A DNA stretch of 64,000 nucleotides from Albugo candida. Taxonomy: Eukaryota. Below, in pieces: positions 45,953-59,148 of the stretch. The notes beneath the pieces were generated by a model, which was given only the letters and a program-made list of their open reading frames with translations, was not told where the DNA came from and ran no database searches. Made by a program: the position numbers and the translations under genes. Within the stretch, counting starts at the first letter, position 1; each line of letters starts with the position of its first letter. Location: the NCBI GenBank assembly GCA_040437565.1, contig JBDOQK010000024.1, forward strand, positions 248,001-312,000, in the 5' to 3' direction.

Positions 45953-48900
45953 CTACTCCAGATCTTTTCTGGACCAAACAGCTCTTAACGCCGATCCGAC
46001 CGGACACTGCACGTCTTCTGACGCATTTTCTTGATGATAGCGTAAATCAGTAGCAGTAACAGGACTTTTTCTGTACACCGTGTTCCTGACCTCGTTGTTC
46101 TCACAATGTTGACCCATTTCTGGGAACAATGGAGCGTGCACACCTAATGTCTTACCTTGAACTTTTGTACCAGATCTTTTCTCGAAAATTCTTTCGCTTT
46201 GAAGGGAATGAACGAGATCATTGAATGTATCAAATGTGATCTGTTGCAAGTAGCAAAGTTAAGGGGAACCTCTGAACGAACTTTGCCATACCTTCACTGT
46301 GTCTTGTGACCCCAATTGGCGAAGGTGATTCTCAATTTCTTTTGTCGAAAAACCGAATCCAAGCGCGTGAACCAGTGCGGCTCGAGCTACGCATAATATT
46401 CACATTTCATTCTGGTACATATAAAATATTGCGACTTACTCTGCATTGTAGACAAAAAACCGATCTGTTCAGAATCCGCCCGGTGGAAAGATTCCCAAAT
46501 GAGCTGATCAAAGTCGTCGATATGAGTCGCCTCGTCCACCTTCGCACAATCATCTATCTCAGTTTCATCCGAGTTAATTCCTTGTTCGCTTAGTGCACAC
46601 GTCGACCCCGTGTAAAGCGGTAGCTCACCAGTCGAATCCATCTCCAGCCTTCGTTCTTCATAACGTCGAATACTCGATGCCTTGTACGCAATGATCACTT
46701 CTTTTTGCAGACGGGCCTCGTCTTCGAGTGTTTTCTTATCTCTAGGATCCAAGACGTCTGTCTGGTCCTTTGGATCCTTAAAATGCCTCCATTCATTCAG
46801 CTTGTTAGCAAAAGCCTGCATCTCTATATCATTCAACCAAGAGATTCTGTGAAGCTGTCGAATGATGTTGAATTGTGAAGGCGGAGGAGGGCAATTGTGA
46901 AGGTCTGGTAGCAGCTCTGCAGCCGTTGCCACATACTTCAAGTCGACATGACCGTAGATGTAAGCTGTCATACATGACCCTAGTAAATCCAGACCGTCAA
47001 TTTCCGAATTGCTACGAATGATGCGCATAAATGTCCGTAGCTGTGCGTCATTCTCAGTTCCTCCAGGGACCATCTCATTAAAATCTTTGTCAGCCATGAA
47101 TTTCTTCGTGTCGTGTGGACGAAGAATCTCAAGCCCAGTGCCATCACCGTGCAACACGAATAAAAATGGGTCTATGCGTTCGGTAATTTCCGCCTGCAGT
47201 CGCGTATTTGCCTCTGGTTTGTATCCTTGCCTCTTCTCTTCGTGCGCTGCAACAAATTTGAATTCGAAACGATCTAACGATGCACACATTTGATTCTTAT
47301 CGTGGTCCTCGAACAGCAGCTGTCCTTGACGGCAGTCAAAGCGGTATATTTTATGTACTGAGTTGCTGCCAGTTCCTGATACAACAGCAGACTTTTCGCT
47401 CGTGTAAGAAACGCACACGTGACCATCTTCCTGAGCTGACATGACAAGTCCATTCTTTTTCACTACGGTGATGGATCGTCTCTTATCATCAGACACAACA
47501 TCGGTTCCAAGTACGATACTACTAAGATCCGCCAAGACGACAGTACAACGCACAGGAAAGCTCTCTTTCTCGTGTGAAAGCTTTGTTTCAAAAAGACTGA
47601 GGTTCACATTGATAAAGACATCCTCCCACGGCCTCTTTCTGACGACAAGAGTCGATGTAAGCGGCGTGAAAGATATCATCGTTCCATCTAGATGATATGC
47701 GATGGTTCTGTTGTCTCGGTGTGTTACAACTACGACACCACTTTTTTTCGTCTTCACGACCGCGCCAGTTTCTAAATCTACTTTACTGGTTTCAAAGTTG
47801 TTTCTTTCTATACACGTGAAGCGCTTTGATGTCACATTTTTGACATACATGACTCCGCTTGGATACATAAGCACTTGCTTTCCATCCCTGTGAGTTGATA
47901 GCACCGTCCCATCCGGTCGAATAAGACGAGATTTTTCTGCGGTAGACTTCGAAAGCATTCTCTGCGTGATGATACCCTGCATTGATATTGATATCACTAT
48001 TCCCGTACGAGTCGTATAGGTCGCCTTGACTGAAGAAATTTTGGTTTGCAACACCTCTTGAACCGTAAACAGCGCGCCATCTGCACAACTCGCCATAAAT
48101 TTGGTCGGATGGGGCTTCTCACTACTAGTCTTTTCTGCTCTCGATGGACGTAAACCAAAGTGATCACTGGAGCAGAAAAAAAGTCAAGTCCGAAATTGGG
48201 TCACGAATAGATATTTCCTACCTTTCGTGATACACCGTGAGCCATGATCGAGAATTAGGAGTTCTGTACAGACGGATAAGCGCGTGATTTGATGAGAATA
48301 TGGTGACACGATCTTCTTTGATTAGATGTAAGATTTTCGATAAGAGAGGAATTCTTGGTCGCTTATCATCATTGCTTTTGCCACTAAATGACTGCATCTG
48401 TTTCCATTCAGCAAATGATGGAATTGGCTGTACTTGGTCGGCCGCAGACCAACTTTCCTCGTACTGCTTCCCGCTAGAGAAGTCAGGTATGGCGGCCATC
48501 AACAGACAATCCGAAAGGCGATCATATTGACTAATAACTCGTTTAGATGTCTGAAGGACAAATGCTAGCCTTTGTGGCAACCCGGAATCATTGAGAGACT
48601 CATAATGATCTCTTGTGCGCAGAGGAACTCCTATTTCATTTTTCATAATATCTTGAAACATTGTGTACCATGATTTCAATCGAACATGTTCCAAAGAAAG
48701 CCCTGAAATGTATTTGAGTTCGTGAAGAGAAGCAGAACGTTCAGCTATTGAGATAACAGGCGCTTTTGGCATTCTATTCCGGCCATCAGGACCCGTTCCT
48801 GGATAATTACAAAGGCTCCAAAGCGATTTTTCTGCTTCTCTTATGCTATCAAGCCATGATGGAGCGCTCTCTTCTTCTTGGATGAACGACGTAGGATCGA

Positions 48901-50050
48901 GATTACCAAAAATTGCCAACAAGTTGACGGCGGCGCCTTCGTGATAGGAAAGAAATGGTTCTATCTGGCCATTCAATGTCGCTCTAATCATGTTCTTACT
49001 CTCATTCCGATCCGTCTGTACGATGGTCTCCACCATTGCTTTTACGATTAATGCGAGACTGCTATTTTCAAATACACTTTGTGGTAAAACTTGATGAAAC
49101 TTCTTCGTATCAGAGACAACTCTGGCTGCGTCAAACTGCGTCGCTGAATGAATCGATAGTTGCATTTTCTCAGCATTATAGATTTCCTTATCGTTTGCGA
49201 TTGTTTTCGAAAGCTCTAAGACTTCCATCTGCACCAGACTAACAGGTTTGTACCCAGTCTTGCTTCCACCATCCCTCAACGCTACCTCCGAGATGAGAAA
49301 ATCATTCCATTTTGAGCCTTTCTTCTTCATTTCTTCCCTGCAAGCATCGACAATGCTTTGCCTACTTCTACACACTTCATTGTAATTGTCAGTCGGATAA
49401 AGGCCATCACCAGCAACCCTCTCAGATGACGGAGCATCATCCTTCCCTTCCGATACATTATGCGTGTCCACAATAGAGATTATTCCGTCAAGCGGGATCG
49501 GAAATGCATTCGTGAAATTGTTCTGTTCGGCACACGATTCGGTATGCCGTAATAGTGCGAGTACTTCGGTCAAATCGCTCGGGTAGTCCACAAGAAGATA
49601 AGAAACTGTAGAAGTCACTTGCAGCGTCTTTGGAAGATCAATATCATCTTCACTGAGATCCGAACTTTTAACAGTATCGAGTGCTTTTGTGATAGCTTTT
49701 CCATTTCGCGTGACGTACTGTCGGAATGCTATTGCTAGTTTCTGTGACAGCATAGTTGAGTCATTTATGGTCTGCACTTCATCGGAGGCGCCACTTTCCG
49801 TGCACGCTTTATAATCAGAATCTAAATAGTCTACAATGTCTTTCCTCTTTATAAGTTTATACTTCATTATATCGCTTTCTTCCTTGTCGCTATCATGTTG
49901 AAGTTGTTGCAAAAGCTCATCGAATCGCTCCACATCGGTATCGACATTGGCGATTAATAGGATACTCGAGCGCCACACTTCTTTCTGAACAAAGACTCAT
50001 GAGCTACGTGCACTCATGAAATGCATTCATACCGAGTAATCGTCAGACAT
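45953..50050 (-). CDS. SPAG17: SPAG17/PF6-like flagellar central-pair protein (multi-exon)
   Basis: YLLVDYP..PLDGII; HYESLN..LPQRL..QYDRLSDCLLMA; beta-hairpin repeats EKSRLIRPDGTVLSTHRDGKQVLMYPSG and DLETGAVVKT..HLDGTMI; PFLFVLHGDGTGLEILR; EF-hand-like FHRADSEQIGFLS near the C-terminus. Start and last exons are inferred from splice signals. Confidence 0.72.
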
Positions 50051-50136
50051 GCTTCAGCATAAAGCTTTTGGCTACTTTCAACGGTTGCCAAGTTCGCTGC
50101 GTACTTAGCGATACATTGTCGAGCGCATGGAATTAA

Positions 50137-52619
50137 ATGACGCCGATACAATATTCATTACTGATTATCGTCTTGAGGGCATTCGATTTTGAGTCAATAG
50201 TAGTGGAGAAATTACCCAATCTTGAAGAAAATTACACGCTGATTAATTCAGCTATTGTTTCGACAACGTGCGATGAAGGTAGACTGGAAGACTCTGCCAA
50301 GGAGATACTGAAAAATAACTATGATGTCGTAATGGGCGCTACGCTTTCGGCGACATCGGATAAGGCTCATTTCCAACATTTCGTACGTCTCTAATGTCTA
50401 ATTTACTCGATATATTCTTCTTATTTATACCAGAGGATTCTGTATAGAAAACTATTGATGCGCTGTTCGCAGCACAAGCTATCGCGCACGAAGATTTTGC
50501 GCTCGGGGCAAATCAGTTCCGGTACTTAACGAGACATTGCCTTATTGATATATTATCATGCTGATTCTCATTTATTAGCACAATATTAACATATCAGAAG
50601 CCGAATGGACGGATTCCTCATCTTGTGTATGGTCCATCTGTACCTCGCGAGTGGAATTGGATCTCGAAAGCAGCAACATTTTATCCCGGTCCGTCTTTTT
50701 GGATGAATGTTTCGTCAGAATCAACACGGGAAGAGACGAATGGATCAAATGAATCACAAAGACGATCACAGTTTCTGACTTCGACACTCTCAGTGCCTCC
50801 ACTTGCCGCTGATATCGCATTAAATATTTTCAGACTTGCACCGTTTGATACCATGATGGGATCTGTAACATATAAAGCCATCGCCATTGAATTTCTTTGT
50901 GAAGCATATGACCCTCTGAAACGTTTTCATCAGTTTTTGATTCGTGATCGGATATCAAATCGTACCACATACGGCTATCCTCATACCAGCGAGAAACTCA
51001 CACTTTTCATAGCTATTGTAAGATGCCATTATATATATTTCTTGGTTGGGATTGCTGAATTTCTTTGTAGCATCCATGGGAAACGTTATCGCCTTGGTCA
51101 CAGCATTGGGAACCTTATTTGCACCAATTCAAACATCGTCCAGATTATGATCAAATTATTCACAATTTACAAATACCGGAAGAAGTAAAAAGTCGATTTA
51201 TTGATGGAAGCCGAGTTATGATCTCGGAATCTGAGGCAGATATCATACAAAACTACTATAAACCAATGCTGTATGTTGCTCAAAAGGTGACTCGAAATGT
51301 ATCAAGTGTTTACGACTTGGGCGGGGTTGAAGACGTCGAATTCAACTCTTTCGTTCTGCGGTCCACCAACGCATTAGTGACCATCGGGAATATCCTATCA
51401 GAACATGCAGCAGTCTGTAATGGTATCATCACTCAAGAACAGTTGGAAGCTGATACTCGCGACTTTGAAAACCTGAAAGTACGCCTCGAGGAATCATTAC
51501 TTGGTGATAGTATGGGAAAAATAGGATTATGGAATGAGACTATGCAAGTAAGTGGGGTCGATTTATGAGTCATCAGGGGATCTGAAAGTCCCACTTTTTT
51601 GCGTAGTGCTACAATGACGCAAGCAACTACGCAATCGACCCAATGCATCCATCTCTTCGAAATATTCTCCCGTCCTTTGCGCAAGAACTTCCAAGCAATA
51701 TAAAAAGCTCACTTTTCTCGCATTTTCTGGCACCGTCTGGCACCTTTGGCTTTCTATGTGATCAATTTCCTATTCCGTATTATCCGTGCAATTCCTCTAC
51801 AGGCACATCGGGCAATCCGATAACGCTTCTCCATTACAATTACCTGATGCATCGATCTTTCACTGAGGTAAGATTCTACACGTAGCGTCCAATATTGAAT
51901 GCGAAGAACTGACGAAAAGGACGTCAGAATAATTTCTTTGGTGTCGCTGAATTCTTACGCAATCGAACAGCTTCGATGTTATGTGGTTTTGACGAACGGA
52001 TGAACGCAACAAGCATTGGATTTAACACACAGAGCGCCGCAGAAATCAGGTACATTGACGACTATGGCTTGAACTCGAGTATGGCAGCAGCGATGGTACT
52101 GAATATCCTTCTTCCAGCAGGTAAATATCTCTGTGTCTGACTCGCTCGTCATACGTTGACTCTCCTGTAGTGGCTCCATTTCCGAATCCTGCGGTTCCTC
52201 CAGTGGATCATAGAATGCTCACGGTGATCATGTGTATTGAGCTCACAGTTGCATTTGGTGTCGCATTGGGATGTTTCATTTTTTCCGTTTACTTTGTTGC
52301 AAATCGACCACGAGCTAACGCATATCGATGCGAAAACTCTCAACAGATCAATCTCGATCACACGGACCAGGATCGGGTACCTTTGGTAGAGTCATCTAAT
52401 CGAGACGGCATTCCAAAGTCTGTGACTGAAAATCGTGATCAACGGGATCAGAGTTTCGGAGACTCAGGACTTGAATCCACCCCCGATCTAGAAGAATCGC
52501 TTCTAACGGAAGAAGACGAGCAGGCATATGGCTCGATCGAAAGAGCCCGTCGAGATAATCGGAAGGATGCTCGATGGGAATCTTTGAAAGATGCGATTTC
52601 AATTGTGAGTCCTTGGTGA
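50137..52619 (+). CDS. GH63/mannosylglycerate-hydrolase-like (alpha/alpha)6 protein with C-terminal TM helix, probably non-catalytic (multi-exon)
   Basis: AKEILKNN..GAT; DALFAAQAIAHED; YQKPNGRIPHLVY..FYPGPSFW..TSTLSVPPLAADIALNIF; FLCEAYDPLKRFHQFLIRDR; HPWET; VEDVEFNSFVLRSTNAL; SSMAAAMVL. Hydrophobic N-terminus; TM segment at 52215-52300. The last exons are repeated at 52914-53561. Confidence 0.72.
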
Positions 52620-53755
52620 ATATGTAATCAAACAATATCCGCTATATTTTCTGAATAGTGTTATCCCATTCCCGCAAACCCAACAGTTTCTGTCCGAGCT
52701 CTGATGGTCTGTATCCGTCGGGGAACCATTCATCTTCTCCAAATTGTCTAGCATTCATCGCAGGCATAAACTCCCTTGGATCTCTGACCGGTATCATTTT
52801 GATGTACTGAACCNNNNNNNNNNNNNNNNNNNNNNNNNNNNNNNNNNNNNNNNNNNNNNNNNNNNNNNNNNNNNNNNNNNNNNNNNNNNNNNNNNNNNNN
52901 NNNNNNNNNNNNNTTCGATGTTATGTGGTTTTGACGAACGGATGAACGCAACAAGCATTGGATTTAACACACAGAGCGCCGCAGAAATCAGGTACATTGA
53001 CGACTATGGCTTGAACTCGAGTATGGCAGCAGCGATGGTACTGAATATCCTTCTTCCAGCAGGTAAATATCTCTGTGTCTGACTCGCTCGTCATACGTTG
53101 ACTCTCCTGTAGTGGCTCCATTTCCGAATCCTGCGGTTCCTCCAGTGGATCATAGAATGCTCACGGTGATCATGTGTATTGAGCTCACAGTTGCATTTGG
53201 TGTCGCATTGGGATGTTTCATTTTTTCCGTTTACTTTGTTGCAAATCGACCACGAGCTAACGCATATCGATGCGAAAACTCTCAACAGATCAATCTCGAT
53301 CACACGGACCAGGATCGGGTACCTTTGGTAGAGTCATCTAATCGAGACGGCATTCCAAAGTCTGTGACTGAAAATCGTGATCAACGGGATCAGAGTTTCG
53401 GAGACTCAGGACTTGAATCCACCCCCGATCTAGAAGAATCGCTTCTAACGGAAGAAGACGAGCAGGCATATGGCTCGATCGAAAGAGCCCGTCGAGATAA
53501 TCGGAAGGATGCTCGATGGGAATCTTTGAAAGATGCGATTTCAATTGTGAGTCCTTGGTGAATATGTAATCAAACAATATCCGCTATATTTTCTGAATAG
53601 TGTTATCCCATTCCCGCAAACCCAACAGTTTCTGTCCGAGCTCTGATGGTCTGTATCCGTCGGGGAACCATTCATCTTCTCCAAATTGTCTAGCATTCAT
53701 CGCAGGCATAAACTCCCTTGGATCTCTGACCGGTATCATTTTGATGTACTGAACC
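51972..53755. repeat. 842-bp direct repeat around 100-N gap (52814-52913), probable assembly overlap
   Basis: 51972-52813 is repeated from 52914. Confidence 0.9.
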
Positions 53756-54731
53756 ATACGGAAGTCAAAGCCTGTGTTCGGAAAGTTTCTAAGAAAAAAC
53801 TGAGGTAGAAATGAGGAAACAGCCAGGAATTTATGGCCGTACCCATGCGGGAGCTGGCTATTCCACACTAGAAGCGAGCCAGCCTTCATTGGCACTCGCC
53901 GTATGTTTTCACGCATGTCATCATCATCCGGTACTTCGACAAAGTTGCGCGAGGCAATGCTGGATAATGAGCCGTATGTGTTTCGATGTGAGCTTGCCCA
54001 ATTGAAAAATGTACCATCAGTGAACTTTGGCACACAATGGAACCCTCCATTCCCTTCCGGGCAATCGGATAACGTGAGAAGACCTTGCACTCGAATCGAT
54101 CCATATTCTTCTTTCTCACGTAATGACAGAGGCCTGGGTCCAAACCCCGCAGCTGAAGTTCCAAGGTGAAAAGGATTTAAATCCCAATGCAGCCAATCCT
54201 TTTTGGTCTGCCAATTGTCCTGGAACGCATCCTCAGGCATGGATGCATTTATGTCGGCTCTTCCTCGTACTCTAGCTGGCCTCATAACACCATATCGATC
54301 GATGCTTACCCAGAGTTCTGTCGACTGTAGGATATTGCTGAATGCTTGATAAACAAGTGGATTCTCGCGATTTTGCCAAGCTTGAGGCTGCCGATTCACC
54401 CAGGTCGAATCCAGTTTCTTCATGCGTTTCCAGTACGGAAAAGCGCCCATGAATCCTCCATTCTTACATATTTTTGAAGGCCAATTCTCGTTTCCCCATG
54501 AGCTCGGATCATCGCGTTTTACGTTACCATCTTCCTCAATGTATTCCCAAATCTGAATAGAGGAGAAAATAGTGGCACAGACGACACAAAGTCAGGCGAG
54601 ATTCTAACCTCATTGACAGAACGTTCAATTTCATCCGAATTGAGAACATCTTCAATAACAACGTATCCATTCTCCTTAAATGACGTGACGTAATCGTCGA
54701 CTTGATGCGATTTGAATCCTCCCGTATCCAT
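53584..54731 (-). CDS. Phytanoyl-CoA dioxygenase-like 2OG-Fe(II) oxygenase
   Basis: FKENGYVVIEDVL; HxD motif WLHWDLNP; VQGLLTLSDCPEGNGGFHCVP; MKAGSLLVWNSQLPHG(N); RMVQYI. Introns near 54553-54608 and 53789-53842. Confidence 0.88.
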
Positions 54732-54799
54732 TTTAATACCAGGCCAATGTTGTGCCTTATTGGCGTTATTTCAGCGCTTATCGGCCTCTGTTTTTCCGC

Positions 54800-57700
54800 T
54801 TATTTTCGCTTATACTGTCTCCTGTTTTCTCGCTCAAATCGAATCTCTTCTCCATACGCATTGTCTTCTTCTTCCCCTTCTTGTGTAAACGACGTGAGCT
54901 CGCGTGCGGCTGTGCTGAAGGACTTTTGCATGATGCGATAAGGACTAGTTTGTTGTTTATTTTGTGACACTCGAACGTTGTATCGAACTTTTTCTTCGTC
55001 ATTTTCGTTCGGATCCGAAGATTCCAACTGAAGAGTGTGCGGTGACGCTGCGGTGGATCCTGTAGATTGAAGGCTCTTTTTGCGTTGAAGAAAAGCAGGC
55101 CCGCTCGTCTGTACAGGGGCATCCTCACCCAGTGCCAAGCGGACTGCTTGCTCGATGTAATCGGCAAGAACAGGAGTCTTCGTATCGTCTGTGTTGGTGA
55201 CTCCTATCATCCGAGCAACGTGACGTATACCATGGTCAAGTTTCTAGCAAGTGAGGCATCATAAGATCAGTTGTATCAATGTAGAAGAGTCTTATCACCT
55301 GTAAAAGATTGCGTAGATGGAGTGCATTCTCCCTTTTTCGCTGGGTGACAGAAATTGCGTTCATGACCTCGGATTCTGCCAATTTTAAGTTCTGTAGGTA
55401 TGCCGCTTCAGTTTGTGTTGTGCTTGTTTGTTCCAACTCTGCTCGAGAAAAGTTTAGATTCTCATCGACGTGCGGTAATTCAATCACATCATTTTTGACT
55501 GTACTAAAAGGTGGATTGTCTGTATCATTGTTCTCAAGCTTCACCCGCGCGAGATCCAACTTTAGCCTTTCTAGATGCTGGCGAGAATGTAACAAGCACT
55601 CCTCAGTCTTTGATTCTTCTTCTTGAAGCTGCAACTCGTGTTGATGCAAATCTTTCCATAATACATGGACCTCATTCGAATCATTGAGACCAGCATGACG
55701 TAATAAATCTACCAGCTCTCTCTCTGCATCGGGGTATGCTGGTGACTTTTCTTGGCCAGAATCGCTTAAATACGAGTTTTGAGAATCGGCTTGCACTCCC
55801 GGATGATGTTCGGTCGAGTACTTCTTCGGAATTGACGGAGAATGAACCTTTTTGAGCTTTTCGGTTGTAGATTTTGAACTGTACCGCTCAACAGCTAATC
55901 TTTGCTGCCTGTGATTTTGCCATCGTTTACGTTTGATAATCGCACGATGTACGCGAACCTTCTCCATCAAAGCCTGCTCAACACTATCTATCTTTGATAA
56001 TAGAAGATTCTTCTCTTGATTCACAGCATGTACTTTTTCTCTTACACCAGCAATTTCATGTTTACATTTAACGATATCAACATCACACCTTTCGAGTATG
56101 TTGGAGTTTCTTGCCGGATTGGCTTCGCAGTGACGAACGACTGCCTTATAATAATCGCTCAATTGCCTACCCAACACAGTTTCTTTGCCAGCAGATACTA
56201 TCCGCTGTTGCAATTCTTCTTCTTTGTCCCTTTCATGCCCAACATGGCCAGTCGTAGCTCGAGAATCCATCAATTGTGCATCCAAAGACTTTAGAAGCGC
56301 TAGTTTTTCTTTTTCCAGAAATATGCTTTGGTTATATTTTGTACGGATTTCCAGCAGTTGATTACTCCAGTGTTCTAGATCATCCGGTGAGCAATGCAAA
56401 GCGTCCTGATAAATGAAACGATCGGACACGTCTGTGTCATTATTGTCTTCAAGGCTAGGCTTCTCAAGCACGTCTGGAATGTCCGAAGCTGTCTTTTTCG
56501 TTCTTTTTTGAGGAATCAAGGAAGCAATTTCTTTATGTCTAGCTGAAGATTGACGAACGTCCCCTTCTTCTCCTTTTGTGGATAGCTTGCTAACACTTGC
56601 ATTTAAAGGGTGCGATTGGAGGCTTTTATCTCTCGTTGTATCAATACAATCTGAAAAGTGGTGCGCAAAAGCGATCGCAAACAGAGGAAACTGCACCCAG
56701 AGCCATCGTTGGAGATAGTATGAGTCACTTTCCTGCAAGCTTGCGGTTGCAAAGCCTTCGTCGAGCTGGCTGGTATAAAAGTTCGCACAGAATGGTTTTT
56801 TCGAAGACGTCTGTGCTGCAAGTGAAGATATAAAATCTTTCCATTGAGGAGCCCTCGGTCTATGGTTGCTGACATTCTGAACGATATAAAGGTCGAATCG
56901 AGCTTGGTACTCTCGTAGAAACTCGGTGAGATTTAGAAGAAGAGCCAATAGGGTCTTGGAATTCGGTCTGTCACGATGTATATAGCGATCCAGGCTTTTG
57001 ACAAATTCATCGACCGGATCAGCGACTGGATGATTCTTACGAAGTATGGTCCAGTGTGCAAAATACTCCTCGCGATTATAAGCGGTCCACCATAGCTGAA
57101 ACAAATCGATGTCACTCAGCAAACTTGTCAACGTTGGCCAAAGTTCACATCGTTCGAGCTGGATCGGTAATTCCAAAATGCGGAGTTGAGAGGCGTCCGC
57201 TTTCTCGAAATATTGTGCTAGTTCGCGGAAATATGATAAATGTAATTTTGAATCCTGTAGGAAGCCAAATCGGACTAAAAGTCGAAAAGTGTTGTGATTG
57301 AAATTGTAGCAATATATCTTTTGAGGCTTCTCTCCAGCCATCCAACTATCGGTTTTGATCTGCAACAAGTGCGGTTTGATAAGGCTGAAAATATTTTTAA
57401 AAACGGATGGAGATATGTCTCTACTGACAAGCTGCATGAGGTCTTCCTCCCTAAGGCCGTATCTTGAGACCACTAATAAACTTAGAAGATGTCTAATCAC
57501 AAGCACATGCTGTTTCGTGGATAGATTGTCATCAAGATATTGTCTGTGTGCTAAGATTACTTCAGTTCTTCTCCCATTTCTCTCCAAAATGGGGTTCTCA
57601 GAACCACCCAGTGCGCGCTCTTGAGTGTTTGATTTGTCCATCCTTTTGAGCGGAACTGCCGGATTGACTTTGGGGGAGGCTATTCTATCCATTAAACTTG

Positions 57701-59002
57701 TCGATTTTCGTTGGATACTAATTGAATTATTTCGAGAAGCCAAAAGTCCTTCCTCTTCTATTATGTATCGGTTCCATTCTCTCAGGATCAGAATGTATAA
57801 CCCAATAGGTGAATCAACTTTTGTGGCTTTTGCAATCCATGAAGCTACCGTGTATCCACGCAATGATTGATTGGAAGATCTAAAGCGCTCTGTTGTATTC
57901 GTTTGTTCTAATAGCAGTCGAATATAGAGAGGATTAGAACTTCCTGGTGCTGCAATGATTAAATCCACTTCTCTTTGTCGTAGTTGCAGTCCCTCACGTT
58001 CAGCATATGACTAGAAAACTTATCGATAAGAATACTCGCGTTTCGATGGAAACAGCATCACCTTTATGATAATTCGGCAGGTATCATGATGTATTGGCTC
58101 GATAGCAAGAACTATCTCGCATCGTCGATGTAGCTCACGGATGGTGCTTCTCTGGAGCGTTGAATTTGCATAAGAGCTCTCGTCATCTTGAGGGTAACGT
58201 CGCTCGTTCGCTGTATCGAAAGAAGCGTCACGATGAGACAAAAGCTCAGTATTTGTCATCTTCGCGGAAAAAATGATTCTAACGTTCGATGGAAGGACCA
58301 TCGGAAGCCATAATAATGAATGTGTACCATCGTTAGCTCTTAGGCAATCCACCCCATCCACTACCAATATGATACTGGTGAAATATGAGCCTTCACTCCA
58401 CAAGTAGAGCAGATAAGGAAAAGCAAGCCTTACCGCACTTTTGTCCCCTCAGCAGAAAGATCTTTAGCAAAGAATTTTGTTTTGTTGAGAACTCCTTCCA
58501 AACAACGAATCAAAGAAAATCTTAATTTTTCTTCGTCCTTTTCCTGAGGTACGTCAAAATCATGCAATTTGAATGTTTTTTTCAAATGGGAAAATAGTCG
58601 ATGCAAGAAGCTACCAATTTTGATGCTCTCATATGTGCAGCCGCAAAAGTGCGTAAAGATATACTCGTTCTTCCCTATCGATGAGTTCTGTCGTCGAGCA
58701 GCCCAATACGCTAACAAAGCCGACTTTCCACTTCCGGTGTTGCCAAATATTACTAACGGTTGACATGATGCACTACCCAGTGGATTGTTATTACAGTCCG
58801 ACTTATCCAAGGCTTTCTTGGCAGCAATCGATTTCTCCCCACAAAAGTCATCTAGAACCCGCAGATAATTCTCATTCGGTACATAAACGAAATCTCTTGT
58901 TCGACTAAGATGCATCAGATTTTATAAATAATCAACGAAATCCTTGCTCGATCGCATACCTGTCAGAGAAAGCTTGATGTGCTGCATTTTCTCGACAGAC
59001 AT
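54800..59002 (-). CDS. NACHT-like (NPHP3/TTC41-type STAND) NTPase with long C-terminal coiled coil (multi-exon)
   Basis: Walker A GNTGSGKS (58744-58721); Walker B IILVVDGVD; LLWLPMVLPSNVRIIFS; NPLYIRLLLE; VSRYGLREEDL; FNHNTFR; ELPIQL. Heptad-rich region from about 56400 to 55300. Start codon is tentative. Confidence 0.75.
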
Positions 59003-59148
59003 TAAAGCTTTCTGTGAAAGGCACACTTTTGTGATCGAGTCCGTCTATGTCATCGGATATCGGAATTGGGAATTCGGCCATTTACGCATGCAGTAGTGAT
59101 CCGTCAGAAAAAATGTTCTATGTATAGAAATTATGCATTGTATCTGAT

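Noticed and set aside
53112-53561. Tandem pair of 149-aa membrane proteins
   Set aside because: This is the last exon of the GH63-like gene, duplicated by the 842-bp overlap artefact.
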